From Octopus sinensis (taxonomy: Eukaryota), in NCBI RefSeq assembly GCF_006345805.1, contig NC_043005.1, positions 98,766,001 to 98,830,000 of the forward strand: DNA of 64,000 bases. The letters run 5' to 3'. Positions 1-13,695 of the stretch are shown here, one piece after another; position 1 is the first letter of the stretch; every line of letters starts with the position of its first letter. The translations under genes were made by a program, and so were the position numbers. Under the pieces are notes generated by a model. It was not told where the DNA came from. It did no database searches and saw only the letters and a program-made list of their open reading frames with translations.

Positions 1-456
1 CTTTATTCTCTCCAACGTCGTCGTGAGCGCTACATCATCTGCATGATGTGGAAAATATTCCATCAGCATTTCCCAAATGATGTTGGCATCACCTTTAAGG
101 TACATCCAAGGCTTGGGCCCCGTGCCATCCGCCCAAAACAAAAATCGCACTCTCATCTCATAACAACAATACGGCACAATTATTTCACCTCAATTGGCCC
201 CGCTCTCTTTAACATTACACACCCAAAAACACATTAAAACAGAAACTGACCCTATAGGGTTCAAGAAGTCTTTGGACAGATTCCTTCAAGAAATCCCGAT
301 AAACCCCCTACACCAGATATGTCTCTGTAAACAATAACTCTCTACTTGAGTGGGCCATAGTGCCCAAATTTGACTTGAAATACTTCACCAGGTGGTGCTA
401 TTAAGTTAGACATGGCCTGGGCCAATAATGGCCGAAACCTATCAAAGTATCAAGTA
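1..456 (+). mobile_element. 3' end of a CR1-group (CR1/L2-like) LINE: ORF2 C-terminus plus 3'UTR, frameshifted
   Basis: Frame 1 reads LYSLQRRRERYIICMMWKIF...FTSIGPALFNI. After small indels it continues KHIKTETDPIGFKKSLDRFLQEIP and YVSVNNNSLLEW, a typical CR1-group ORF2 C-terminus. Ends in GGCC...GGCCGAAACC and a short ATCAAAGT/ATCAAGT tail abutting the TA repeat. Confidence 0.75.
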
Positions 457-525
457 TATATATATGTATATATATCTATGTATATATGTATATTATATAT
501 GTATATATATATATATATATGTATA

Positions 526-592
<67 letters not shown>

Positions 593-788
593 GTGTATAT
601 ATATATGTATATATATATGTATATTTATATATGTATATATATATATGTATATATGTATAGTATATATGTATATGTATATGTTTATATGTATATGTATATA
701 TGTATATGTATATATATATGTATATGTATATATAATATATGTATATGTATATATGTATATATAGTATATATAGTATATTGTATATATG

Positions 789-824
<36 letters not shown>

Positions 825-908
825 TGATATGTATATATACATATCTATATATATATATATATTATCATATATTATATATATATACATATATACTATATAA
901 TATTATAT

Positions 909-959
<51 letters not shown>

Positions 960-1325
960 ATACTTTGATATATATATACTTGAGTGGTTGGCGTTAGGAA
1001 GGGCATCCAGCCGTAGAAACACTGCCAGATCTGACTGGGCCTGACAAAGCCTTCCAGCTTCACAGACCCCAGTTGACCCGTCCAACCCATGCTAGCATGG
1101 AAAGCGGACGCTAAATGATGATGATGATGATGATGTATGTATATATGTGTATATATATATATATGTATGTATATATATATATATATGTATATATATAATG
1201 TATATATATATATAATGTATGTATATATATATATGTATATATATATGTATGTATATATATATGTATATATATTATATATATATATGTATATATATATATG
1301 TATATATATATATGTATGTATATAT

Positions 1326-1356
<31 letters not shown>

Positions 1357-1471
1357 ATATATATATGTATGTATATATATATATATGTATGTATATATAT
1401 ATATGTATGTATATATGTATGTATATATATATATGTATGTATATATATATATGTATGTGTATATATATATG

Positions 1472-1516
<45 letters not shown>

Positions 1517-2117
1517 TATGTATGATGTATATATGTATTATATATATATATGTATGTATATATATATGTATGTATAATATATATATATGTATATATATAT
1601 GTATGTATATATATATATGTATGTATATATATATATGTATGTATATATATATATGTATGTATATATATATATGTGTGTATATATATATATGTGTGTATAT
1701 ATACATATGTTGTAATATATACATATGTGTGTATATATACATATGTGTATATATACAATGTGTATATATATACATATGTATTATATATACATATGTATAT
1801 ATATATACAATATATATATATATACATATGTATATATATATATATGTATATATATATACATATGTATGTATATATATATACATATGTGTATATATATATA
1901 CATGTGTATATATATATGTATATGTATATATATATATGTATATATATATATGTATATATTATATATAGTGTATATATATATATGTATATATATATGTATA
2001 TATAATATATGTATATGTATATATATATGTATATATATATTATATGTATATATATGTATATATATATATTATATGTATATATATGTATATATATGTATAA
2101 TATATATAATGTATATG

Positions 2118-2151
<34 letters not shown>

Positions 2152-2189
2152 TATGTATAATGTATATAGTATATGTATATGTAATTATG

Positions 2190-2230
<41 letters not shown>

Positions 2231-2577
2231 GTATATAATATGTATATGTATATATATATATATGTATATTTGTATTGTATATATATGTATATGTAATATA
2301 TATGTATATATATGTATATGTATATATATCTATATATATATATATATAATATGTATATATATGTATAGTATATATATATGTATATGTATATATATTGTAT
2401 ATGTATATATATATGTATATAATGTATATGTATTATATATAATTATATATATGTATATGTATATATATATGTATATGTATATGTATTATATATGTATATA
2501 TATGTATATGTATATGTATATATATATATTATATATATATAATATATATGTATTATTATATATGTATATTCTTTATT

Positions 2578-2608
<31 letters not shown>

Positions 2609-2617
2609 GTATATATG

Positions 2618-2648
<31 letters not shown>

Positions 2649-2688
2649 AATATATGTATATATATATATATATGTATATATCTTTATT

Positions 2689-2719
<31 letters not shown>

Positions 2720-2753
2720 GTATATATCTTATTTATGTATATATATATATATA
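455..2753. repeat. ~2.3 kb compound (TA)n/(TATG)n microsatellite, interrupted by an RTE 3' tail
   Basis: Directly visible; it produces all the YI/VY-repeat ORFs. Confidence 0.98.
979..1135 (+). mobile_element. Short RTE-type LINE 3' terminal fragment with (GAT)n tail
   Basis: GTGGTTGGCGTTAGGAAGGGCATCCAGC...CCAACCCATGCTAGCATGGAAAGCGGACGCTAAA(TGA)n matches the terminus of the RTE element at 6500-6660 in reverse orientation. Confidence 0.9.
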
Positions 2754-4293
2754 TCTTTATTTTGTTCTGTGTGTATCACATGGGCATGTAGGTAAAAATC
2801 AATATTTTGCTTTGTTTTTGTTTTTTTCCTTTTCCCCTTCTTTTTCACTTTTGACTCATCCGATGAAGCCATATATTTAAATCCTCTTGACTCCTTAATG
2901 TTTGATCAGATCTGAGATTAGAATGGGTGACACATGATCAAATAATTGCTTCAAGATGCAAGTTTCTCTGACAGGCTTTTGACAGTAAAAGTGGAATATT
3001 TTCAAGGAAGGCTGACTCCTCAATCAGATCACCTAAATACCCCAACCTTTCACACACACACACACACACACATAGTACAGACATCCTTAGTCATAGAGAT
3101 GTCTGTAAGTCAAAACAAGTACTTAGCATATCTGAGGGCAGTTGTGTTATTTATGGTATAAAATACATTCACAAACATGCATTTACACATATACGCATTC
3201 ATTCACATGTGCACTCACTCACACATGCACTCGCTCACATGTGCACTCACTCACACACGCACTCGCTCACACATGCACTCGCTCACTCACACACGCACTC
3301 ACTGTCTCACTCACTCACTCACACACTGTCTCACTCACTCTCTCACTCACACACATGCGATTGAAATGTTCCTAATATGACGATACGAAAACAAAGATGA
3401 AAATACACAGCTTAGTTGGAATTGTATTTGATATATTAAGTCACAAAATATTTTCACATTTAGTGCATCTCGTCACTTTTTGAGCCATTCAGTGAGAATG
3501 AGTAATTAACTTTTTAAGTATCTTTAAAAAGAATGTGCTGCAATTTGCAGTGCTTGTCCTTGTATAGTTGTGTTCTTTATAACAGGGTATATTATTAACA
3601 GTGATTAATAATTTAATATTTAAACATGGCTTATATTTCTTAAATCATTTTTCTTTGTTAATTTGTTGTGGTTCTATAGTTGTATCTGAGTATTTACAAA
3701 CTGAAAATATTTTAAAATTAAGTAGATGTATTTCTGCACATATTGCTATATGTTCACCTAATTCTATTTTTCTGGTATACTCATAACTCATGTGCTGTCT
3801 CTGTATTGTCATTCATTTGCATTGTGTCAGTCCAGTTTGTTTGCTATTGTTTTCTGGACCTCTACAACTCCACAATATGTTATTATATAAACTGTATTCT
3901 GAGAGTAGCAAGTAAAATTCTATTTTACTTAAACCTTTTAGCATTCCAATTACTCTGTCAATTGTAACACTTATTCACATTGTTTTTTACTTGATCATTT
4001 AATATCTCATAGCTTCAAGATTTTGATGATGTGATTGTTTACTTTTAGAATGACAATGTAGGATAGGTGTGAAAGACTTGATTTGGCCTGTTTGAATAAA
4101 GAACCGGCAGAATATTTGGACCTGATATGGCTGGTTTAAATGCTAAGGGGTTAAAGATTTGTCCTTCCTTGAAGTTGAACTCTGATCCTTTGGTCAAATA
4201 TAAGCATGTTGCACAGTTTGGCCTTCTACATCTCATAATAATTAAGTTGGAAACTTGTTTATGAACTTTTATCTTAGTATACACACACACACA

Positions 4294-4337
<44 letters not shown>

Positions 4338-5684
4338 ATATATTTCCATGTCTTAGGTTTTCTTTTACTTATAATGACTTATTGATTTTCCAAAACTTTT
4401 TTCCATTTCTTAGTCTTCATATAAAAACAGGCAAGTTTTTATAAATACGGCCAAATATTTCCGCACTTCTAGGGTTAAATGTAGACACGTATGGTAAAAC
4501 TTTTTTCTTGGTGGTTGTACTTTTTACTAGCTTTAGATCTTGAATATCTATAAGTTTTGCTTTTCTATTCCATTTGTGACTAGATTTTATAGAAATGCTC
4601 TTTGAATAAGTATGTTTTTCATTTCAGCTAGTCTTTGATCACGTTTTGATGGGCTTGATACTATTGTACAAATTCTTTTAGCTAGGTTAAATGGAATTCT
4701 TGTATGTTCAGGATGAGAGGAGAATGTGTGGGTTTATAGCTTTGAATGTGTGGGTTTATAGCAAATGTCTGTTTCTGTCTTTGCATCTGTTTTCATAATT
4801 ATAAACACACGTATGTATGCACATTTGCATGGCAGAGTCGATAGTTTGTCAAATTGAATGTCTCACAGTATTTGTTCTGACTCTCTGCACTCTGACTTCA
4901 AATCCTATCAGTGCCAACTTAGACTTTCATCCTTTCAGTGTTGATTGTGTGTGTGTGTGCGTGCGTGTGTGTGTGTTTGTGTGTGTGTGTGTGTTTGTGT
5001 GTGCGTGTGTGTGTGTGTGTGTGTGCAGACATGCATATGCATAGTTGTGCAGATATTGAGTTCACTTATTAACTATTTGGTTCTGAGTTTTATCTTAATT
5101 GGTTGTACCTTGGGCAAGTATCCTCTACTGTAGCCTTGAGCCAAGCAATTCCTTCATGATGATGATGATCATCATCATCATCATCATATCATCCTTTAAT
5201 GTCTGTTTCCCTAACTGACTTTAAAGGATGATGATGATGATGAAGAAATTGCTTGGCTCAAGGCTAATGTAGAAGACATGCCGAAGGTGCCAGAAATTGT
5301 ATGAAAGCCTGTTGCACATGTACACACACACACATACACACACACGTGTGCATATGTGTATTTGTGGGACAGTTTCCAGTCTGCATCTTTGCCTGAAATT
5401 ATTTGAACAAAAAAGGCGGTGATGACAATCAGCTTGTAGCTTTGTGTTTTTCAAGTGGAATCAAATTTGCCTTTATCTGAATTGACTATCACTTTCTCCC
5501 CGTATTCTTAAGGTATGGGTTCACTGAGCAGTTGCCCTGGGTAGTCACGAGTTTAGGAGCCCAATGTTAATCTATGGATGCTCTTCCTTGCTGTCAATGA
5601 ATTCATTTTATGACCTATAACGTTGTTCAGACAACTTTGACTACAACTAAATCATTAAAACTAATTTTCGTTGATTCTTTTCAG

Positions 5685-5809
5685 TTTGGGTGTTCATGCA
5701 CTGGCCCTAGCCCATTGTTGTACTGAACTACCTTACTTCCCACATGTGCTGGAATTGTTGCTACATGAGGTGCTCGAAGCTGAAGCCACTTCAAAGGAAC
5801 CAATTCCAG
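5685..5809 (+). CDS. RIC1: RIC1 (Rab6 guanine nucleotide exchange factor subunit) internal coding exon, 125 nt
   Basis: Acceptor ttgattcttttcag, donor gtaagt. Translates (x)[41 protein letters not shown](D), matching the RIC1 segment [42 protein letters not shown] recalled from the human protein. The trailing G joins AT of the next exon to give Asp. Confidence 0.93.
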
Positions 5810-6899
5810 GTAAGTAAATTCTTATTGATGCACTCATTATAACCTTGTTGATGTTTAACTTGAGCGGTTTCCAAACTTCTTTTCTCTCGGCTGCATGTTC
5901 AGAATAAAAATTTGTTTGCGCCTCACCAAATTTTTTGTGATAAAAAGTACTTTTAAAAATGTTTAAATGTCGACTAATAGTGTGTTAGATATAATATATA
6001 ACACAACATATAATATAATTAAAGCATACAAATTTAATGAAAGGTATTAGCTCGTTTTTGATGAGTAATCTCCTTTATATTAGGCCTAATTTGAAATAAA
6101 CAAACTCTCATCTCTTCATCAACACAAAGAAGCCTTTCCTTTTTTGGTTTTTGATATTTGTCAGAACTAAAAATCTCTTGTTCACAGCAATATGTTGTAG
6201 AGAACAGTAGAAGAATGGATAATACTTTTGAGGAGACACATGAATATTGTCTCTAGTTGTATATCCCAAAAGAGTCCAATGATATTTTAAACTTTGAAAC
6301 CTTATTTCTTTTTGGCTTATGAATTTTTTTGTTTCTAAGTCTTTTGATTGTCTTTCAATCATTCCACCTCACCTGCTATCCTCTTCTGCTTCATCAATAA
6401 GGCATGCCACATCATTTGGAAACCATTGTTTTACTTGAATGTTCCAAGATTTCCTATCCTTCTCCCTCTCCTGTGTATGTGTGTGCATTGCATGCATGTA
6501 TCATCATCATCATCATCATCATTTAACATCCGTTTTCCATGCTAGCATGGGTTGGACGATTCAACTGGGGACTGTGAAGCCGGAAGGCTGCATCAGACCC
6601 AGTCTGATCTGGCAGTGTTTCTACAGCTGGATGCCCTTCCTAACGCCAACCACTCCGTGAGTGAAGTGGGTGCTTTTTACGTGCCACCCGCACAGGTGCC
6701 AGACGGAGCTGGCAAACGGCCACGAACGGATGGTGCTTTTACGTGCCACCGGCATGGAGGCCAGACGGGGCGGCGCCGGCAACGGCCATGATCGGATGGT
6801 TCGCTTAACCACAGCTGCAATTTCCACTGATGTTGATCGACCTCAATTTTGGTTCTGCTTTCTGATATCTGATTTGATTTGGTTTGATTTTGATTTTGA

Positions 6900-9800
6900 C
6901 TGTTCTCACTGGTCTTGCCGGGTCTTCTCACGCACAGCATACTTCCATAGGTCTCGGTCTCTAGTCATTTCCTAAAGTTCGAAGGTCGTGCTTCACCACC
7001 TCGTCCCAGGTTTTCCTGGGTTTACCTCTTCCACAGGTCCCTCAACTGCCAGGGTGTGGCACTTTCGCACACAACTATCTTCAGCCATTCTCGTCACATG
7101 ACCATACCAGCGCAAACGTCTCTCTTGCACACAGCAACTGATGCCTCTTAGGTCCAACTTTTCTCTCAAGGTACTTACACTCTGTCGATTATGAACACTG
7201 ACATTACACATCCATCGGAGCATACTAGCTTCATTTCTTGCGAGCTTACGCAAATCCTCAGCAGTCACAGCCCAAGTTTCACTACCATGTAGCATGGCTG
7301 TACGTACACATGCATCATACAGTCTGCCTTTTACTTTGAACGAGAGGCCTTTTGTCACCAGCAGGGGTAAGAGCTCTCTAAACTTTGCCCAGGCTATTCT
7401 TACTCTAGCAGTTACACTTTCAGCACACCCGCCCCCGCTATTGACTTGGTCACCTAGGTAGCGGAAGCTATCAACTACTTCTAGTTTTTCTCCCTGGAAC
7501 GTGGTAGAAGTTGGTCTCTGCATATTTTCAGAGTTTATTTCTCCTGAGCATCTGCCACAGATAAAAACTATTTTCCTAGTTAGTCTTCCTTTGACATTAC
7601 TACATCTCTTATGTGTCCATAGCTTACATTTGGTGCATCTTATAGAGTTTCTACCTACACCTTTTTTCCAGATCGAGCAGGGCCATCTACCTGAAGGCAT
7701 TTGTGATTGGTCTACCTTCCTAATTATTAGGACTTTGGTTTTGGCTAGGTTGATTCTAAGGCCCTTCAATTCTAAACCTTGCTTCCACACCTGAAACTTC
7801 TCCTCCAGTTCTGATAGAGACTCAGCAATTAGAGCAAGGTCATCAGCATATAGGAGCTCCCAGGGGCATCCTGTCTTGAGTTCCTCCGTTATTGCCTGGA
7901 GGACTATGATAAATAGGAGGGGACTGAGGACTGAACCTTGGTGGACCCCAACCTCTACCCTGAATTCTTCACTGTACTCGATGCTAACCCTCACCTTACT
8001 TGCAGCGTCTCTGTACATTGCTTGTACAGCTCTCACTAACCATTCATCTATCCCTAGTTTCCTCATTGACCACCAGATAAGGGATCGGGGGACCCTGTGG
8101 AAGGCTTTCTCCATATCAACAAAAGCCAGGTATAGGGGCTTGTCTTTGGATAGGTATTTCTCCTGCAGCTGTCTTACCAGGAATATAGCATCAGTAGTAC
8201 TTTTCCCTGGCATGAACCCAAACTGCATCTCATCTAAGCTAACTCTCTCTCTAATTAGTTGGGCTATAACCCTTTCCGTGACCTTCATTACCTGATCCAG
8301 CAGCTTGATACCCCTGTAGTTATTTGTATCTAGAGCGTCACCTTTACCTTTGTAGCAGTTAACTATTATGCTGCTACACCAGTCATTGGGTATGACTCCT
8401 TCGTGTATCACCTGGTTTACTATACGGGTGACTAGGCTATAGCCAACACTACCAGATGTTTTGAGCATCTCTGCAGTAATTCCTGATGGGCCAGGGGCCT
8501 TCCTTGTTTTCATGCTTGTAATTGCCTTAACTACTAAGGAACTGTTAACCCAGATTGCTGGTCCCTCTGTTGGGTCGACATTCGGCAGACTCTCTTTATC
8601 TCATTCATTTTCCTCATTCAACAACCTTTCATAGTGGCGTCTCCAAACCTCTCTCTTTACATCCTCATTTAGCGCAAGTGAGCCGTCATCCATGCAAACA
8701 CATTTCTCTCCTACCATGTCACGATTCTCTCTCACACACTGTCTTGCAACACGAAATACATCAAGTTTTTCATCCTCACGGCGCAGGACATTGGCAAATT
8801 TTTTCTTATCTGCTTCCCCTCTGGCTAAATAAACCTGCCTCCTAGCTTCCCTTCTTGCAGTCTGATACACTTCCCTGCTACCACCGTTCTTCCAGTCCTT
8901 CCAAGCCTGTTTCTTTTGTCTAATAGCCCTGTCAACAATATTGTTCCACCACCACGTTATTTTGGGTCTTGAGGGGACTTTGCACCAGCCACAAATCTGG
9001 TCAGTGGCTTTCAGCAGGTTGTCCCTTAGAAATGCCCAGTTATCTTCTACCCCATGTGTAGCTATACCCCCTTCTATTTCGTCGAAGGCTTCAAGTAACA
9101 TGTCTCTAAATCTCTGTCCATTTGCAGGGTCTTTAAGCTTCCAGACCCTTCTTCTCCATGTTGGTCGTCTTCTAGTCGTCCTCTTAGTCCTGATCCTAAA
9201 GTCACTGACTACCAGTCTATGTTGTGGGGTACATTCTTCGCCTAGGAAGGTTTTGGCATTTATAAGCAGCCATCTTTCCCTTTTTCTGGCAAGGATGTAG
9301 TCGATTTGGCTAGTATGCCGGCCTGAACGGTAGGTGACCAAGTGGCTTGTCGGTTTCCTGAAGTTAGTGTTGCAAACCATAAGACTATTCGCATCGCAGA
9401 ACTCCAGCAGCCTGGTTCCCTCCTCGTTGCGGGAACCATAACTGTAGCCTCCATGTACGCCATGGAAGCCCCCAGCATGTCGTCCAACATGCCCATTGAA
9501 ATCACCAGCCACAAAGAGAAGGTCCCTGTCGTTCGTCAATGAGGTGGTCTGCAGTAGGGTGTTATAGAAACGGTCTTTCGGTCCATCGGGTAGCCCTGGC
9601 TGAGGGGCATAGGCCGATATAATAGTTGCTATACTATGATGGAGCACTAATCTAATCTTCAGTATTCTGTCACATACTCTGACTACCTCAATTACCTTAT
9701 CTACCCATTTTTTGGCAATAAGCATACCCACTCACCCGACCCCTTCAGTATTCCCAGCCCAGAAAATCTTGTACCTCTGTCCTTTACCTGTGAGGAACCT

Positions 9801-9998
9801 AGCAGAACCTCCTCTCCACCTCACCTCTTGAATACAGCATATATCCACACACCTCCGTTCAAGCAATTCAACGATCTCGCCAGATCTGCCTTTCAGTGTG
9901 CCAACTTTGAGGGTGCCAACCCTGAGGGAGTGGGAGGTAATGGACCTAGTAGCATCATGAACCTGAAAAGAAGAAAACTCGCGTATGGCAGGATTCAT
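6900..9998 (-). pseudogene. RTE ORF (AP endonuclease + reverse transcriptase), disrupted
   Basis: APE motifs CIQEVRWRG, SAYAPQ, VAGDFNGHVG, SQIDYIL; RT motifs QFGFMPGKSTTDAIF, FVDMEKAF, GVHQGSVLSPLLF, LLYADDLAL. The track ORFs 9998-9732, 9731-8601 and 8513-6993 are in one frame, broken by in-frame TGA stops at 9734-9732 and 8603-8601. There is also a 1-nt deletion near 7038 and an ~11-nt deletion near 6971 relative to the copy at 32.6 kb. Confidence 0.92.
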
Positions 9999-10161
9999 AG
10001 ACAGACAATAAAACTCAAGTTCAAACCGCGTACGTTACACTAACATATCTTGCAATGAATGACCACTACCTTTTATGGAAGGAGGTGCAGGTGGCATAAG
10101 ACTTTGAAGTGTATCTTTCAATGAATGACCACTACCTTTTATGGAAGGAGGTGGGGGTGGC

Positions 10162-13100
10162 GTAAGACTTTGAAGTGTACATGGGAGACAACAAGGGTGA
10201 GAAAATTTAGGACTTCCTGTAGCGGTGGGGGCGGTGTAAGACTTTGAAGTGTACATGGGAGACAACAAGGATGAGAAAATTTAGGACTTCCTGTAGCGGT
10301 GGGGCCGGTGTAAGACTTTGAAGTGTACATGGGAGACAACAAGGATGAGAAAATTTAGGACTTCCTGTAGCGGTGGGGGCGGTGTAAGACTTTGAAGTGT
10401 ACATGGGAGACAACAAGGATGAGAAAATTTAGGACTTCCTGTAGCGGTGGGGGCGTGTAAGACTTTGAAGTGTACATGGGAGACAACAAGGATGAGAAAA
10501 TTTAGGACTTCCTGTAGCGGTGGGGGCGGTGTAAGATTTTGAAGTGTACATGGGAGACAACAAGGATGAGAAAATTTAGGACTTCCTGTAGCGGTGGGGG
10601 CGGTGTAAGACTTTGAAGTGTACATGGGAGAGAACAAGGATGAGAAAATTTAGGACTTCCTGTAGCGGTGGGGGCGGTGTAAGACTTTGAAGTGTACATG
10701 GGAGAGAACAAGGATGAGAAAATTTAGGACTTCCTGTAGCGGTGGGGGCGGTGTAAGACTTTGAAGTGTACATGGGAGACAACAAGGATGAGAAAATTTA
10801 GGACTTCCTGTAGCGGTGGGGGCGGTGTAAGACTTTGAAGTGTACATGGGAGACAACAAGGATAGAAAATTTAGGACTTCCTGTAGCGGTGGGGGCGGTG
10901 TAAGACTTTGAAGTGTACATGGGAGACAACAAGGATGAGAAAATTTAGGACTTCCTGTAGCGTGGGGGCGGTGTAAGACTTTGAAGTGTACATGGGAGAC
11001 AACAGGATGAGAAAATTTAGGACTTCCTGTAGCGGTGGGGGCGGTGTAAGACTTTGAAGTGTACATGGGAGACAACAAGGATGAGAAAATTTAGGACTTC
11101 CTGTAGCGGTGGGGGCAGTGTAAGACTTTGAAGTGTACATGGGAGAGAACAAGGATGAGAAAATTTAGGACTTCCTGTAGCGGTGGGGGCGGTGTAAGAC
11201 TTTGAAGTGTACATGGGAGACAACAAGGATGAGAAAATTTAGGACTTCCTGTAGCGGTGGGGGCGGTGTAAGACTTTGAAGTGTACATGGGAGACAACAA
11301 GGATGAGAAAATTTAGGACTTCCTGTAGCGGTGGGGGCGGTGTAAGACTTTGAAGTGTACATGGGAGACAACAAGGATGAGAAAATTTAGGACTTCCTGT
11401 AGCGGTGGGGGCGGTGTAAGACTTTGAAGTGTACATGGGAGAGAACAAGGATGAGAAAATTTAGGACTTCCTGTAGCGGTGGGGGCGGTGTAAGATTTTG
11501 AAGTGTACATGGGAGACAACAAGGATGAGAAAATTTAGGACTTCCTGTAGCGGTGGGGGCGGTGTAAGACTTTGAAGTGTACATGGGAGACAACAAGGAT
11601 GAGAAAATTTAGGACTTCCTGTAGCGGTGGGGGCGGTGTAAGACTTTGAAGTGTACATGGGAGACAACAAGGATGAGAAAATTTAGGACTTCCTGTAGCG
11701 GTGGGGGCGGTGTAAGACTTTGAAGTGTACATGGGAGACAACAAGGATGAGAAATTTAGGACTTCCTGTAGCGGTGGGGGGGTGTAAGACTTTGAAGTGT
11801 ACATGGGAGACAACAAGGATGAGAAAATTAGGACTTCCTGTAGCGGTGGGGGGGTGTAAGACTTTGAAGTGTACATGGGAGACAACAAGGATGAGAAAAT
11901 TTAGGACTTCCTGTAGCGGTGGGGGCGGTGTAAGACTTTGAAGTGTACATGGGAGACAACAAGGATGAGAAAATTTAGGACTTCCTGTAGCGGTGGGGGC
12001 GGTGTAAGATTTTGAAGTGTACATGGGAGACAACAAGGATGAGAAAATTTAGGACTTCCTGTAGCGGTGGGGGCGGTGTAAGACTTTGAAGTGTACATGG
12101 GAGACAACAAGGATGAGAAAATTTAGGACTTCCTGTAGCGGTGGGGGCAGTGTAAGACTTTGAAGTGTACATGGGAGACAACAAGGATGAGAAAATTTAG
12201 GACTTCCTGTAGCGGTGGGGGCGGTGTAAGACTTTGAAGTGTACATGGGAGACAACAAGGATGAGAAAATTTAGGACTTCCTGTAGCGGTGGGGGCAGTG
12301 TAAGACTTTGAAGTGTACATGGGAGACAACAAGGATGAGAAAATTTAGGACTTCCTGTAGCGGTGGGGGCGGTGTAAGACTTTGAAGTGTACATGGGAGA
12401 CAACAAGGATGAGAAAATTTAGGACTTCCTGTAGCGGTGGGGGCGGTGTAAGACTTTGAAGTGTACATGGGAGACAACAAGGATGAGAAAATTTAGGACT
12501 TCCTGTAGCGGTGGGGGCGGTGTAAGACTTTGAAGTGTACATGGAGACAACAAGGATGAGAAAATTTAGGACTTCCTGTAGCGGTGGGGGCGTTGTAAGA
12601 CTTTGAAGTGTACATGGGAGACAACAAGGATGAGAAAATTTAGGACTTCCTGTAGCGGTGGGGGCAGTGTAAGACTTTGAAGTGTACATGGGAGACAACA
12701 AGGATGAGAAAATTTAGGACTTCCTGTAGCGGTGGGGGCGGTGTAAGACTTTGAAGTGTACATGGGAGACAACAAGGATGAGAAAATTTAGGACTTCCTG
12801 TAGCGGTGGGGGCGGTGTAAGACTTTGAAGTGTACATGGGAGACAACAAGGATGAGAAAATTTAGGACTTCCTGTAGCGGTGGGGGCGGTGTAAGACTTT
12901 GAAGTGTACATGGGAGACAACAAGGATGAGAAAATTAGGACTTCCTGTAGCGGTGGGGGCGGTGTAAGACTTTGAAGTGTACATGGGAGACAACAAGGAT
13001 GAGAAAATTTAGGACTTCCTGTAGCGGTGGGGGCGGTGTAAGACTTTGAAGTGTACATGGGAGACAACAAGGATGAGAAAATTTAGGACTTCCTGTAGCG

Positions 13101-13695
13101 GTGGGGGCGGTGTAAGACTTTGAAGTGTACATGGGAGACAACAAGGATGAGAAAATTTAGGACTTCCTGTAGCGGTGGGGGCGGTGTAAGACTTTGAAGT
13201 GTACATGGGAGAGAACAAGGATGAGAAAATTTAGGACTTCCTGTAGCAGTGGGGGCGGTGTAAGACTTTGAAGTGTACATGGGAGACAACAAGGATGAGA
13301 AAATTTAGGACTTCCTGTAGCGGTGGGGGCGGTGTAAGACTTTGAAGTGTACATGGGAGACAACAAGGATGAGAAAATTTAGGACTTCCTGTAGCGGTGG
13401 GGGCGGTGTAAGACTTTGAAGTGTACATGGGAGACAACAAGGATGAGAAAATTTAGGACTTCCTGTAGCGGTGGGGGCGTGTAAGACTTTGAAGTGTACA
13501 TGGGAGACAACAAGGATGAGAAAATTTAGGACTTCCTGTAGCGGTGGGGGCAGTGTAAGACTTTGAAGTGTACATGGGAGACAACAAGGATGAGAAAATT
13601 TAGGACTTCCTGTAGCGGTGGGGGCGGTGTAAGACTTTGAAGTGTACATGGGAGACAACAAGGATGAGAAAATTTAGGACTTCCTGTAGCGGTGG
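10162..13695. repeat. 74-bp tandem minisatellite, ~48 copies
   Basis: Unit GTAAGACTTTGAAGTGTACATGGGAGACAACAAGGATGAGAAAATTTAGGACTTCCTGTAGCGGTGGGGGCGGT, nearly invariant. Preceded by two related 66-bp units at ~10047-10180. Confidence 0.97.

Noticed and set aside
215-325. Frameshifts in the CR1-like fragment as evidence of age
   Set aside because: Isolated 1-2 nt indels here and between the 16.6/17.0 kb duplicates could equally be uncorrected long-read errors; not interpretable without reads.
412-2880. Long YI/VY/CI-repeat ORFs
   Set aside because: Translations of the TA/TATG microsatellite; no coding signal.
6833-6851. Short inverted match to 13725-13745 (AAAATTGAGG) as terminal repeats
   Set aside because: Only ~10 bp, not at both termini, and compatible with chance.
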